Positions 17,862 to 28,050 of a stretch of DNA of 64,000 bases are shown piece by piece; positions within the stretch are counted from its first letter, which is position 1, and each line of letters opens with the position of its first letter. Source of the stretch: Candidatus Odinarchaeota archaeon (GTDB taxonomy: Archaea; Asgardarchaeota; Lokiarchaeia; Sigyniarchaeales; SOKP01); assembly GCA_048885325.1 (NCBI GenBank), contig JBHLPZ010000001.1, forward strand, positions 2,532-66,531, written 5' to 3'. A program made the position numbers and the translations under genes. The notes beneath the pieces are model-generated. The model saw nothing but the letters and a program-made list of their open reading frames with translations. It did no database searches and was not told the origin of the DNA.

Positions 17862-18791
17862 TTAAGTTAAAATTGGTGTTAAAATATCTCTTATTTCTTC
17901 TAAATATTCTGAAAACTTTTCCATAAATGGTTCTTTATATTTATCTTCTATAATTACAGAAACAAATAAGGGTTCTTTTCCAATTTTTATCCTATGTAAA
18001 TATGATAATAACCCACTACCATTTGTAATTAAATTACTTTCAGCTTCATAAGATTCTTCTTGCATTCTTTTAAGTAAAAATAAATGTTCCTTAATTGATT
18101 CTAATAATTCAACATAATACTCAGGTTCAATTTCATTGTTATAAAATTCACTAATAATAATTCCATTTCGATCAAATAGAATCAATGATTTACAGTTAAA
18201 TTCGTATATATAATTTTCTAGTAATTCTGACAAGTCGAAAAATTTCTCATCAAAAACCGACAAACCATAAGAAACAAGCTGTACAATTGAAATTAAATCA
18301 TATATAGAGGTCTGCTGAAATAGTACTTTAAAGTTCGAATATTTTTCAAGGATATTTTCTCTTAGACTTTCAATTTCTTCAATATAAGCACCATTAGTTC
18401 TGATTTCAGGATCTAATTTGTGAAATGATATTATAAGAGGAACATCCATATTATTACGACTAAAATGTTTCATAATCATATCCAAATATTCAAGAGAGGT
18501 TTCATATCTTTCCTTATCTTGAATATCTATAATGAAAAGCATCAAGTCAGTTCCGTCAAAATATATATCTTGTTTCTTTTCATATAATTCACGATACTGA
18601 GTTTGACCACCGCAATCCCAGAAAATTACCTTTCGATTTAAGAAGTATGTTATATGGTACTCCACTCTGATTGTTGGAGTGAGTGAAATGATATCCTTGT
18701 GAAAATCATATTTTTTATCTAAAGCTGTTAAAATAGAAGTTTTACCTGCATTATCCAAACCTGATACAATAATTTTTACTAAATTTTCCAT
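17862..18791 (-). CDS. Rag/Gtr-architecture small GTPase (Arf-like G domain plus roadblock-like C-terminal domain)
   Basis: G1 is SGLDNAGKTSIL (Arf/Arl-type), G3 is FWDCGGQ and G4 is FHKLD (HKxD as in Rag/Gtr). The ~130-aa C-terminal domain has a roadblock-like pattern (CKSLILFDRNGIIISEF...). Its 309-aa length is similar to RagA/Gtr1. Confidence 0.7.
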   Translation of the reverse strand: MENLVKIIVSGLDNAGKTSILTALDKKYDFHKDIISLTPTIRVEYHITYFLNRKVIFWDCGGQTQYRELYEKKQDIYFDGTDLMLFIIDIQDKERYETSLEYLDMIMKHFSRNNMDVPLIISFHKLDPEIRTNGAYIEEIESLRENILEKYSNFKVLFQQTSIYDLISIVQLVSYGLSVFDEKFFDLSELLENYIYEFNCKSLILFDRNGIIISEFYNNEIEPEYYVELLESIKEHLFLLKRMQEESYEAESNLITNGSGLLSYLHRIKIGKEPLFVSVIIEDKYKEPFMEKFSEYLEEIRDILTPILT

Positions 18792-19060
18792 AGTTTGTTC
18801 AGTTCTTTATAAGGGTTATTCACGCGAATTTTAAAAATTCAAGACAGTTATAATATTATCCAACCAATTTTTATTAGAAAGTGAAAATCATCATTTTTAA
18901 CCTTATCTGAATCCAAAGGAATTTAAAATGATATTCCAATATTTTTAGAATAATATTGTAGTACCTTAAGAATAACATTCCTATGACTTAAGGATATTAT
19001 TTCTATTTTTAATTGAAATTGATTTTAATATTTTTAAAATAACTTTCAAAGTGGAATTAA

Positions 19061-19303
19061 TTGATTGAAGAAGAAAGAAAATTTTTGAATGAATTGGTTG
19101 AGGAAGAAAGTAAATTTGTAGAATTTTTGCATCATCAAATTAACCAAAAGAATACATTTGATAAGATTGTAAGAAAGATACCGTTATTTAAAAATAAGAT
19201 CCAAGATTGTCATTATACCATCTTAAAAATGATAGACACTAGCCGTAGAGATGTTTATGATATGTTGGTTCAGGAATTTAACAAAATACTAACAAAAAAA
19301 TAA
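19061..19303 (+). CDS. Hypothetical small helical protein
   Basis: An 80-aa ORF in an otherwise empty interval, with a TTG start and no recognisable motif. Confidence 0.3.
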   Translation: MIEEERKFLNELVEEESKFVEFLHHQINQKNTFDKIVRKIPLFKNKIQDCHYTILKMIDTSRRDVYDMLVQEFNKILTKK

Positions 19304-19313
19304 ACATTATTAT

Positions 19314-19736
19314 TTATTCTCCAATTATCTGACAGTACACTCTCCGATGTCTTGGTTTTTCATCAAATTCGCAAAAGATTATTTGCTGCCACGTACCCAA
19401 AATTAATTTTTTATTCTGAAATGGAAATGTTTGAGAAGTCTTAAGGAGGAAACTTCTTAAATGACCTGCGCCATTATGATCCCCCCAGGTTTTATGATGA
19501 TGATAGTTGCTTTCATAGGGGGTTATCTTTTCCAAAAGGTCTTCAATATCGTGTTTAATTAAACCAGGTTCATATTCAGTTGTGGAGATTGCACTAGTAG
19601 AACCTGCGACATGCACATTCACTATTCCCGAATTTATATAACCTTCTTTAATTATAGTTTTTACCTGAGAAGTAATATCTATTATATCACAAAATGGTTC
19701 CGTCTTTATTTCAAAACTTTTTAATTGGACTGTCAT
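19314..19736 (-). CDS. YjbQ/UPF0047-family protein (secondary thiamine-phosphate synthase-like)
   Basis: 140 aa with VHVAGSTSAISTTEYEPGLIKHD, NGAGHLRSFLL and LILGTWQQIIFCEFD...PRHRRV, which matches the YjbQ family pattern. Confidence 0.8.
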   Translation of the reverse strand: MTVQLKSFEIKTEPFCDIIDITSQVKTIIKEGYINSGIVNVHVAGSTSAISTTEYEPGLIKHDIEDLLEKITPYESNYHHHKTWGDHNGAGHLRSFLLKTSQTFPFQNKKLILGTWQQIIFCEFDEKPRHRRVYCQIIGE

Positions 19737-19933
19737 TTTTCCCTTTTTGAAGATAAGAATTTAATTTTGATGTTAGTAATGTACAATAGAAAAATAATTT
19801 TAAGAAATCTGTTAATAATTATATTAAAAGAATTGTCAGATTCTTAATACTAAGGATAAATGGTAAGTTTATTTAATATTCTTAATTAGATTATTTTAAA
19901 GCTACAAATATAACTTAATTATTTTGAATCAAG

Positions 19934-20353
19934 ATGAGTGAAAGATTAAAAGAATTTTATAAAAAAATCCACAATCCAAAAAATAATGTTCCTATTTATG
20001 CGACGATACTTGTTCGTTCAGCAAGAAAATTGCTTGATTTTAAAATTCGAAAAGAACCAGAAAATATTTTGAGAGTAATTGCTCATGATCAGAAAAAAAC
20101 AGGATGGTTTATTCATTCATTCCATATTCCTATTAAGAATTTAGGGCTTTCTCCAGATTCAAAAGATAAAGAAATATTAGCACATTTAAGTGATCCTAGT
20201 AAAGTACCTAATAAGACCACAAGAGAATTTGTAGAAGATATTTTACGGAAGTATATTAATATTTTACCTGAGAAAAAGAGATACTACTTTAAAACAGAAA
20301 GATTTAAGAAAAAGAAAGAATTTCAAACCGGTGTAAAATTAAAAGGATTTTGA
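19934..20353 (+). CDS. Hypothetical basic protein
   Basis: A 139-aa ORF with an ATG start that fills the gap. It is Lys-rich with no recognisable motif. Confidence 0.4.
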   Translation: MSERLKEFYKKIHNPKNNVPIYATILVRSARKLLDFKIRKEPENILRVIAHDQKKTGWFIHSFHIPIKNLGLSPDSKDKEILAHLSDPSKVPNKTTREFVEDILRKYINILPEKKRYYFKTERFKKKKEFQTGVKLKGF

Positions 20354-20692
20354 TTATTTAATTTTGCTTCCAGGAGGTATTGTTTTTCCTCTTCGCTCAT
20401 CTATCTTCAATAAAAACGGTTCATTATCAAAGTCAGCTGCTAATAGCATCCCCTGGCTTTCAAATCCCATCATCGTTCTTGATTTCAAATTCGTTAAAAC
20501 TACTATTTTCTCATTTATAAGTTCGTCAGGCGAATAATAACTTGCTATACCAGTTAATATTTGTCTTACTCCAATATCTCCACAGTCTACTTGAAGCTTG
20601 TAAAGGTTTTTTGAATTTTCAATTTTCTCACAATTTTTAACCAAACCTACTCTAATATCTAATTTTAAAAACTCTTCGTACTTAATTTCCAT
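20354..20692 (-). CDS. tRNA-binding domain protein (Trbp111/CsaA/EMAP-like OB fold)
   Basis: 112 aa: FLKLDIRVGLVKNCEKIENSKNLYKLQVDCGD...VVLTNLKSRTMMGFESQGMLLAA. Confidence 0.85.
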   Translation of the reverse strand: MEIKYEEFLKLDIRVGLVKNCEKIENSKNLYKLQVDCGDIGVRQILTGIASYYSPDELINEKIVVLTNLKSRTMMGFESQGMLLAADFDNEPFLLKIDERRGKTIPPGSKIK

Positions 20693-20698
20693 GAAAAA

Positions 20699-21565
20699 TC
20701 ATCCCCTTAATGGCATTCCGTCCAAATTTATATATTCTTTCTTTAAGGGTTTTTTTTCTCGATAAGGATTTTGAAGATCTTGAATTTTTCGAGCGAAAGT
20801 CATATAACCTGTGTGTCCAACCATCCTCGTGAATGGCCTTGTAGCATTCTCTTTTACTTGGATTTTTCTTTTAATTAGTTCATATGTGTTTATATCAAAA
20901 AATCCATGATTTTTAAGCGAAAATGTGGTTTTTTTCACTTGTTCTATAGTTGGGGAAAATGAAACAAGAGTTCCACTTAATTTTAAATAATGATCCACTT
21001 TTTCAATAGCTTTCCAAGGTTGTGGCATATCTAAGACAACAGAATCTATATTATTATGCTCTAAATTATCATTTGTGATATCACCATATTGCACAGTGGC
21101 AAAATGCTGTAGTCCCACCTTTTTGATATTTTTAATAGTTCTTTTGATATTGTTATGGCTGATATCATATGAATAAACATGGCCATCTGGTCGTATATAA
21201 CTAACTAGTATACACGTTAATGCTCCTGAACCGCATCCCGCTTCGATCACTTTACTCCCTGGACCTATCCCCGTATAGATTAAAATTAAACCAGCGTCTT
21301 CTGGATAAATTATCTGTGTTTTTCGCTTCATATGAAGAATATATTCCGAAGGTAAAGGCCGTAATACACAGAATTTATATCCTTGTGTTTCAAGGGGTTT
21401 TGAAAAGATTACAGAACCATAAGGTTTACCTATAAGATCATTAAAATAAATGATTCCCCGATCAGTATGGAATTGTCCTCCTGATTTTGCTTTAATTAAC
21501 CACCTTCTTCTTTCATCATAAACTAAGAATACTAAATCGTCTTCATTAATATGTTCTGAATTCAT
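20699..21565 (-). CDS. trmI: tRNA (adenine-N1)-methyltransferase, TrmI/Gcd14 family
   Basis: 288 aa with an N-terminal beta-domain and the SAM motif VIEAGCGSGALT. DSVVLDMPQPW is typical of TrmI. Confidence 0.85.
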   Translation of the reverse strand: MNSEHINEDDLVFLVYDERRRWLIKAKSGGQFHTDRGIIYFNDLIGKPYGSVIFSKPLETQGYKFCVLRPLPSEYILHMKRKTQIIYPEDAGLILIYTGIGPGSKVIEAGCGSGALTCILVSYIRPDGHVYSYDISHNNIKRTIKNIKKVGLQHFATVQYGDITNDNLEHNNIDSVVLDMPQPWKAIEKVDHYLKLSGTLVSFSPTIEQVKKTTFSLKNHGFFDINTYELIKRKIQVKENATRPFTRMVGHTGYMTFARKIQDLQNPYREKKPLKKEYINLDGMPLRG

Positions 21566-21840
21566 GAATCATCGTATTTGATTTTCAATTATCCTAATTA
21601 TTATTTAATGATTTCATTCTTTAATAAAAATCGATTTTAACGAATATTAAACTGCAAAATTCGTAATAAATACTTTTTTTTAAGCTTGAAAATGATTCCC
21701 TATTGCTAAGTAAAAATTATACAAATTTGTATTATTAAATGATTGTTTAAATGATTTAAGAGGTTTTTTACCAAAAATATAAAACAAATGAAAGATTGAA
21801 ATACTCAATCAATGTTTATTACTCGTTAATGAATTAATCT

Positions 21841-22758
21841 ATGAGTAGCGAAAAATCTAAGTTTTCTCAACTCTCTAGACTCTCTTTAAAAGAACTTGAA
21901 GACCAAATTGAAGTATTCAGAAAAAAAAGAGATGACCTTAATAAAAAAACTAAAGATTATATAAATGAGTTGCAAGAAATTGATAATCAAATTGATAACT
22001 CTTTAAAACTAGCTAAAAATGATAGTAAAAAAAAAAGAGATTATTGGAATTCCAAGGTAAAGAAGTTAAAAGAGAAAAAAATTGAATATAAAAAGATTTT
22101 TGATAAATTTATAGATGAAAAGAAAAGTTTACAAAAATTATCTGACCAGATTAAAGATGGTAATAAATTTATCTCGATTAAACAAATAGAACGAAAAATA
22201 AGTGCTTTAGAAAGGAAGATTGAGACTGAAAATCTGGATATTTCCGAAGAAAATATGATTATAGATAAGATTAGAGAGTTAGCGAAAATAAAACAGGATT
22301 TTTTAGCTAAACAACAAAATTCTGAATTATTTAAAATAGAAAGGAAAATACAAATTGTTAAAATTAATTTAAATAAAATTTATGAACAATTAAATAAATG
22401 GTCTAATAAGTCTCAGAATTATCATATAAAAATGAATGATTTGTATCAACTGGTGAAAGAGTTAAGAGATAAAAAAAGAACCATTGAAGAAGAATTAATT
22501 GAAAATAAAAAGGAAGCAGACAAATCTCATGAACAATATTTGAAATTAATGAATCAGAGAAAAAGATTTCCAAGAGGTAAACAATCCTATAAACAGGGGA
22601 AAAGATCTAAAAAACCCTATAAAGTTCAAACAAAACGAGATGAAGAACTTGAAAAAATTAAACAAGAAAAACTAGCAACAGCACTAGAAAAGCAAAAGGC
22701 TGGAAAAAAATTAGATCTGTATGAAGCAAGGTTAATTTTGGAGAAATCTAAAGGTTAA
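21841..22758 (+). CDS. Lys/Glu-rich coiled-coil protein (resembles the conserved archaeal coiled-coil family, COG1340-like)
   Basis: 305 aa with a heptad-like K/E-rich sequence almost throughout. The basic tail ends in KLDLYEARLILEKSKG. Confidence 0.5.
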   Translation: MSSEKSKFSQLSRLSLKELEDQIEVFRKKRDDLNKKTKDYINELQEIDNQIDNSLKLAKNDSKKKRDYWNSKVKKLKEKKIEYKKIFDKFIDEKKSLQKLSDQIKDGNKFISIKQIERKISALERKIETENLDISEENMIIDKIRELAKIKQDFLAKQQNSELFKIERKIQIVKINLNKIYEQLNKWSNKSQNYHIKMNDLYQLVKELRDKKRTIEEELIENKKEADKSHEQYLKLMNQRKRFPRGKQSYKQGKRSKKPYKVQTKRDEELEKIKQEKLATALEKQKAGKKLDLYEARLILEKSKG

Positions 22759-22973
22759 AGTAAAAATGTGTTATTTATTCTATTTTTGACAGATTTCCTC
22801 TAACTTTTAAAAATTTTGGATACTTTAGATATTCTTTTTGGATTTTACATTAACATTCTCTTTCTATTAGAATAAATATACTATATCTTTTATTTTGCAA
22901 TAAGATTTAAAAAAATTGGAGTTTTATTATTAATTTAACAATTATGAACTTTGTAAAAAAGGTTTGATTAAAA

Positions 22974-24302
22974 TTGAAGAACAAAATCGAAAAAATTCGA
23001 AATTTATTAATAGAACATCATGACTGGTTTAAACAAAGTATTCCTTTAATTGCTTCAGAAAATATTACTAGTCCTGCTGTGGATGAAGCTTGTAGTTGTG
23101 ATTTCAGTCATCGATATGCGGAAGGGTGGAGTGGACAACGCGTTTATGCAGGATGTAAATATATAGATAAAGTAGAAGATATATGTATGGATCTCGCTAA
23201 TGAGTACTTCAAATCCATTCACGCTGATGTTCGTCCAGTTTCAGGGGTTGTAGCAAATCTGACGATGTATAATGCATGTACATCAGATAATAACGGAAAA
23301 ATGTGTTGTATGTCTATCGTTAGAGGGGGACATATTTCACATGGCCCTAGATTTGCTAAAAGTGGTAGAGAAATTTTTGGTACAGCTGGGACAACTAGGG
23401 GACTAAATATTGAGTATCTTGCTTTCGATAATGATGAAATGAATCTTGATATTGATGCTTCAGCAAAAATTATTAGAGAATTTAAACCGGAATTAGTTTT
23501 ATTTGGGGGATCTGTTTTTTTATTTCCACATCCAGTTAAGGAACTTGGCGATGTAGCAAGAGAGGTTGGAGCCAAAGTAGGATATGATGCTGCTCACGTT
23601 GCGGGATTGATTGGTTCTGGATACTTTCAAGACCCATTGAGAGAAGGTGCAGATGTTATGACAATGAGTACACATAAAACCCTTCCAGGACCACAGCATG
23701 GAACTTTAGTATCTAATAAAGAAGATTTAATTGAGACTTTAAGATCTTGCGCATTTCCTGCGCTTCTTTCTAATCATCACCTACATAATGTAGCAGGATT
23801 AGCTATTGCATTAGTTGAAATGCTTGAGTATGGAAAGCAGTACCATAAAAATGTTATTGAAAATGCTAAGGCGCTTGGCCAAGCTTTACACGAACGCGGA
23901 ATCAAAGTTTTAATGGAACATAAGGGATTTACTGAATCACATCAGATTGTTGTAGACATAACGGACTTTGAGAAAACTATAGGGTTAGGTGGAGATATAG
24001 AAAAGTTATTGGAAGAGGCAAATATAATTCTCAATCGAAATCTTTTACCATATGATATCGCACAGGGTAGGCATTATCAAAATCCAGGTGGTTTGAGAAT
24101 AGGAACCTCTGAAATCACCAGACTTGGCATGGGAAAAAGTGAAATGGAAGATATAGCGGAATTTATTAAAAAAGTATTAGTTGATAAAAAAGATCCTAAA
24201 AAAATAATGTTAGAAGTTGCTGAATTTAGAAAAAACTTCCAAGAAATTAAGTATTGCTTCCAGAGTGTGAATAAAGCATATGAATATTTTAAGTTTTATT
24301 AA
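22974..24302 (+). CDS. glyA: Serine hydroxymethyltransferase
   Basis: 442 aa with LIASENITSPAV and the PLP-lysine context MSTHKTLPGPQHG. The start codon is TTG. Confidence 0.9.
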   Translation: MKNKIEKIRNLLIEHHDWFKQSIPLIASENITSPAVDEACSCDFSHRYAEGWSGQRVYAGCKYIDKVEDICMDLANEYFKSIHADVRPVSGVVANLTMYNACTSDNNGKMCCMSIVRGGHISHGPRFAKSGREIFGTAGTTRGLNIEYLAFDNDEMNLDIDASAKIIREFKPELVLFGGSVFLFPHPVKELGDVAREVGAKVGYDAAHVAGLIGSGYFQDPLREGADVMTMSTHKTLPGPQHGTLVSNKEDLIETLRSCAFPALLSNHHLHNVAGLAIALVEMLEYGKQYHKNVIENAKALGQALHERGIKVLMEHKGFTESHQIVVDITDFEKTIGLGGDIEKLLEEANIILNRNLLPYDIAQGRHYQNPGGLRIGTSEITRLGMGKSEMEDIAEFIKKVLVDKKDPKKIMLEVAEFRKNFQEIKYCFQSVNKAYEYFKFY

Positions 24303-24412
24303 TTTATTTTACCATTCTATTTTTTTACCCAAGAACAGAAAAATTTATCTTGAATTATGTATTTGAAATTATATTCTGATACTAATTATTATCTTTTTGA
24401 GTATTTAAAACA

Positions 24413-25252
24413 TTGAGCCTATTAAATCTTGAAGTAATTGAACAGACCCCGCATAATTTAATATTTGTAATTGAAGGAATTTCTATTGAAATGGTGAATG
24501 CCCTACGGCGGATTATGTTAACTGAAATTCCTGCTATGGCTATTGATGAAGTGATTATTCTTAAAAACGATTCTCCTTTATATGATGAGATTTTAGCACA
24601 CCGTCTCGGAATGATTCCGCTCAAGACAGATTTAGATGCCTATAAGTTACCGAGCGACTGTGAGTGCTCTGGATTTGGATGTCCCCTTTGCCAAGTTTCA
24701 CTAACTTTAGAAATGACAAATACAACCAACGCCCCAATAGAGATTTATTCGGGGAATTTAAATTCAAATGACCCTAAAATAATTCCTGTTGATCCAAATA
24801 TTCCCATAGTAAAAATTGATAAAAATGACCAAGTAATTTTAGAAGCATATGCGATTTTGGGGATTGGTCGAAACCATGCTAAATGGCAAGCAGTTTCAAA
24901 TGTAGCTTATAGATATTATCCTATTGTTGAATTCAATGAAAATGATTTAGTTAATCCTGAGGAAAATGATTTAGTTGTAAAAATGTGTCCAGAAAATCTT
25001 TTTGAGTTAAAATCAAAAAATTCCTTGAGATTAAAAGATGATTATTGGAAAACTTGTACTTTATGTCAATCTTGTGAGAAAAACACTAATAATAAAATAA
25101 AAGTACGGGCAAAAGAAAATTCATATATTTTTTCGATAGAAAGTGATGGAGTATTGCCTTTTAATATCATCATTAAGAAAACCATAGAAATATTTAATGA
25201 AAAAATTGATGAGTTTATTACTAAATTAGAAGAGCTTGATATAGAGTCTTAA
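24413..25252 (+). CDS. rpoD: DNA-directed RNA polymerase subunit D (Rpo3)
   Basis: 279 aa with VNALRRIMLTEIPAMAIDEV, the Cys cluster CECSGFGCPLC, and a second Cys motif (CPENLF...CTLCQSCE). It heads the conserved Rpo3-L18e-L13-S9 cluster. Confidence 0.9.
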   Translation: MSLLNLEVIEQTPHNLIFVIEGISIEMVNALRRIMLTEIPAMAIDEVIILKNDSPLYDEILAHRLGMIPLKTDLDAYKLPSDCECSGFGCPLCQVSLTLEMTNTTNAPIEIYSGNLNSNDPKIIPVDPNIPIVKIDKNDQVILEAYAILGIGRNHAKWQAVSNVAYRYYPIVEFNENDLVNPEENDLVVKMCPENLFELKSKNSLRLKDDYWKTCTLCQSCEKNTNNKIKVRAKENSYIFSIESDGVLPFNIIIKKTIEIFNEKIDEFITKLEELDIES

Positions 25253-25324
25253 TCAATCAAAAATTTATTAAAATATCCCATATTTTACATCTCATAATTA
25301 GTGAATTAAAAATATAAAGGATTT

Positions 25325-25687
25325 ATGAACATGAGTCATAGAGTTACAGGTCCTTCAAATTATTACGATAGAAAACTAATTCGAGAATTATGGAAAACTA
25401 AAAGAAGAATTTGGAAAAAAATTTCAAAAAAATTATCGGGTCCCAGAAGAAATCGGGTAGAAGCTAATTTATGCAGAATTAACAAAAAAACTAAACAAAA
25501 TGATGTAATAGTGATTCCAGGTAAAGTATTGGGAATTGGAGAATTAGATCATAAGCTTACAATTGCTTGTTTAGATTGTTCAAAACCAGCAAGGAAGAAA
25601 ATTGAAGATTCAGGCAGTAAAGTAATCTCAATTGAAGAACTATTAGAGCAGAACCCTGAGGGTAAAAATGTAAAGGTATTTTATTAA
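25325..25687 (+). CDS. rpl18e: 50S ribosomal protein L18e
   Basis: 120 aa with GPRRNRVEANL and VIVIPGKVLGIGELDHKLTIACLDCSKPARKKIEDSG. It sits at the conserved position after Rpo3. Confidence 0.85.
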   Translation: MNMSHRVTGPSNYYDRKLIRELWKTKRRIWKKISKKLSGPRRNRVEANLCRINKKTKQNDVIVIPGKVLGIGELDHKLTIACLDCSKPARKKIEDSGSKVISIEELLEQNPEGKNVKVFY

Positions 25688-25711
25688 AATTTTATCAAAG
25701 AGTGAATTGCT

Positions 25712-26182
25712 ATGCAAGAATATTTATTATTGGATGCTACAGATAAAATATTAGGACGTTTTTGTAGTCAAGTAGCTAAAAAAGCTTTATTAGGAGAAAG
25801 AATTGTAGTTATTAACGCTAAACACGCAATAATTAGTGGAACTAAGAAAAATATCCATGAGAAATATTTGAACAAGTTAAACATCAGCACAGCGACTAAT
25901 CCTACAAGAGGACCATTCTGGCCAAGAAGACCTGATAGTTTTATGAGAAATATAATTAAAAAAATGTTACCTAGGAAAAAGATTCGCGGGAAAGAAGCAA
26001 TTAAAAAAGTCCATGTCTATATTGGTGGTATTCCGGAACGCTTCCAAAAAAGATACCAGAAGTTAATTCCAACAGAGATTCCCAATGCTGAAAAAAGAAG
26101 GCTTTCATACTATAATAGGTATATTACATTAGATAATTTGTGCTCCAGATTAGGTTGGAATAAAAATCAAATTGAGGCTTAA
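25712..26182 (+). CDS. rpl13: 50S ribosomal protein L13 (uL13)
   Basis: 156 aa with LLDATDKILGRFCSQVAKKALLGERIVVINAKHAIISG. Confidence 0.9.
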   Translation: MQEYLLLDATDKILGRFCSQVAKKALLGERIVVINAKHAIISGTKKNIHEKYLNKLNISTATNPTRGPFWPRRPDSFMRNIIKKMLPRKKIRGKEAIKKVHVYIGGIPERFQKRYQKLIPTEIPNAEKRRLSYYNRYITLDNLCSRLGWNKNQIEA

Positions 26183-26187
26183 TTCTT

Positions 26188-26604
26188 ATGTCAGAAAAAA
26201 CAAAAACTATTCAATCTTCGGGGAAAAGAAAATCTGCTATTGCTAGAGCTGTTTTAAGATTTCCTGCTAAAGGTCAAATTAAAATCAATAATGTTCCTTT
26301 GGAAAATTATGAACCTGTAATTGCAAGATTAAGAATTCAGGAAATTTTAGAGGTTATAGATCATCAAAAATTAGAGAAATGTGACATCAATGTTTATGTT
26401 AAGGGTGGTGGAAAAATGGGTCAAACTGATGCAATCCGGATAGCAATTGCAAAATCTATTAATAAATTTATTGGTACTAAAAATATTGAAAAATCTTTCA
26501 GAGATTATGACGAATCTTTACTTTCTGGAGATTCTAGAAGAACAGAACCTAAACACTTTGGTGGAAAAAAAGCAAGAAAAAGAAGGCAAAAATCATTTAG
26601 ATAG
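26188..26604 (+). CDS. rps9: 30S ribosomal protein S9 (uS9)
   Basis: 138 aa with SGKRKSAIARAVL, VKGGGKMGQTDAIR and a basic C-terminus KKARKRRQKSFR. Confidence 0.9.
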   Translation: MSEKTKTIQSSGKRKSAIARAVLRFPAKGQIKINNVPLENYEPVIARLRIQEILEVIDHQKLEKCDINVYVKGGGKMGQTDAIRIAIAKSINKFIGTKNIEKSFRDYDESLLSGDSRRTEPKHFGGKKARKRRQKSFR

Positions 26605-26612
26605 ATTCATCC

Positions 26613-27935
26613 TCATTTTAATAAGATTTTTGCTCCTAGAGTTTGTAAGTCATTAATAAAATTAGGATATGAGTCTTTTATTATTTCAATATTATTTATT
26701 TTGGAAACGGAATTTGCATATAAAGCTGCTATAGTAAAAGCCATTGCAATCCTATGATCTTCTTCATGGTCTATTTTTGAGCCTTTCAATTTTTTACAAT
26801 GATATACGGTTAATGTATCATGATCTTCTTTCACTTTAACACCCATTTTAGTCAATTCTCTTGCAACCATGGAGATTCTGTCACTTTCTTTCAATCTAAG
26901 ATTTGATGCATTATATAAAGTGGTCTTATTTTTCGCAAATGCACCGACAATAGCTAAAATGGGGAATAAATCTGGGTTTTCAGATATATCTATATCTAAT
27001 CCTTTTAAGATATTTTTATTTCGATTGCCATAAACAATTAATCGATTTAATTTTTGGTCAATTTGTATATTTGCCCCAAATTCCTGGAGTATTTTAATAA
27101 CTCTTTTATCCCCTTGGGGTTTTTTAAAATTTAAATTATCAATAACAACTTGGGAATCTTCTGGAGAAATAATTGTAGCAGCTATTATATTGGCTATTGA
27201 AGAAAAATCTCCTGGAATCTCAAAAATTTGAGTGCGATAATTTTGTTGGCTACTAATATAATATCTGCCAATTTTTTGTGCATTTAATTCCTCAAAAATA
27301 TTTATACCAAATGATTCCAAAATATGCTTTGTAATTTCAACATAAGGATATGATACTATTGGAGTTATTACTTCTATCGTTATAAAATCTTTATTTTCAC
27401 ATATTAATAATGGGCTTATCATTAATAGGGCAGTAATAAATTGTGAACTGATATCCCCCCGTATTTTTATCTTATCACAGTTATTGTTGATTCGATGAAT
27501 AAATAATTTTTCTTCTGTAAGTTGATATTCAGCACCTAATTCTTTTAATGAGTCTAAAAGAGTGAGTATAGGTCTTTTCCTTCTCAAGAATTCCCCCTTA
27601 AATGAAAGCCCGCCATCAATTAAGAGTGATAAAGCACAAAATATTCTTATTGAGGTGCCGGAATTTTTACAATCTAGTATTTCATTACTTTTTTTATAGG
27701 TTTTATTCACTTTTTCAACGATATAAGAATCTTTCCCCTCCTTTAAAATTTTCACACCTATCTTCTTTAAAATTTCAATAGATACTTCCACATCTCCGCT
27801 TATTAAGGGTTTTTTAATAATTGAGACTCCTTCAGCAAGGCTAGCAGCTATAAATGCACGATGTGAATAGCTTTTTGATGGAGGAGCTTTTATCTCTCCA
27901 TTTATACTGTTTATTGGATTGATTTGCAAATTCAT
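26613..27935 (-). CDS. aroA: 3-phosphoshikimate 1-carboxyvinyltransferase (EPSP synthase)
   Basis: 440 aa with APPSKSYSHRAFIAASLAEG, NSGTSIRI, LRLKESDRI and DHRIAMAF. Confidence 0.9.
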   Translation of the reverse strand: MNLQINPINSINGEIKAPPSKSYSHRAFIAASLAEGVSIIKKPLISGDVEVSIEILKKIGVKILKEGKDSYIVEKVNKTYKKSNEILDCKNSGTSIRIFCALSLLIDGGLSFKGEFLRRKRPILTLLDSLKELGAEYQLTEEKLFIHRINNNCDKIKIRGDISSQFITALLMISPLLICENKDFITIEVITPIVSYPYVEITKHILESFGINIFEELNAQKIGRYYISSQQNYRTQIFEIPGDFSSIANIIAATIISPEDSQVVIDNLNFKKPQGDKRVIKILQEFGANIQIDQKLNRLIVYGNRNKNILKGLDIDISENPDLFPILAIVGAFAKNKTTLYNASNLRLKESDRISMVARELTKMGVKVKEDHDTLTVYHCKKLKGSKIDHEEDHRIAMAFTIAALYANSVSKINNIEIIKDSYPNFINDLQTLGAKILLK

Positions 27936-28050
27936 TTTTCAAGTTTATTAAAAAATTACGTAAATAAAAATTAAAGAAAATCAAGGATATATTATTAATT
28001 AAAAGATATTATTCTAATAAATTAAAATATTTTATTTAATAGTGTAAAAT

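Noticed and set aside
18798-18892. A possible C/D-box sRNA on the minus strand in the 18792-19060 intergenic region. AATGATGA (C box) is the complement of tcatcatt near 18886, and CTGA (D box) is the complement of tcag near 18799.
   Set aside because: The boxes are about 88 nt apart, which is longer than the typical 50-70 nt. I found no convincing C'/D' boxes or terminal stem, and such short motifs arise easily in AT-rich DNA.
26605-26612. The conserved archaeal cluster Rpo3-L18e-L13-S9 usually continues with rpoN/rpoK. Here S9 is followed after 8 nt by the convergent aroA stop.
   Set aside because: This is simply a synteny break, with no remnant ORF or pseudogene in the gap. The small Rpo subunits are presumably encoded elsewhere.
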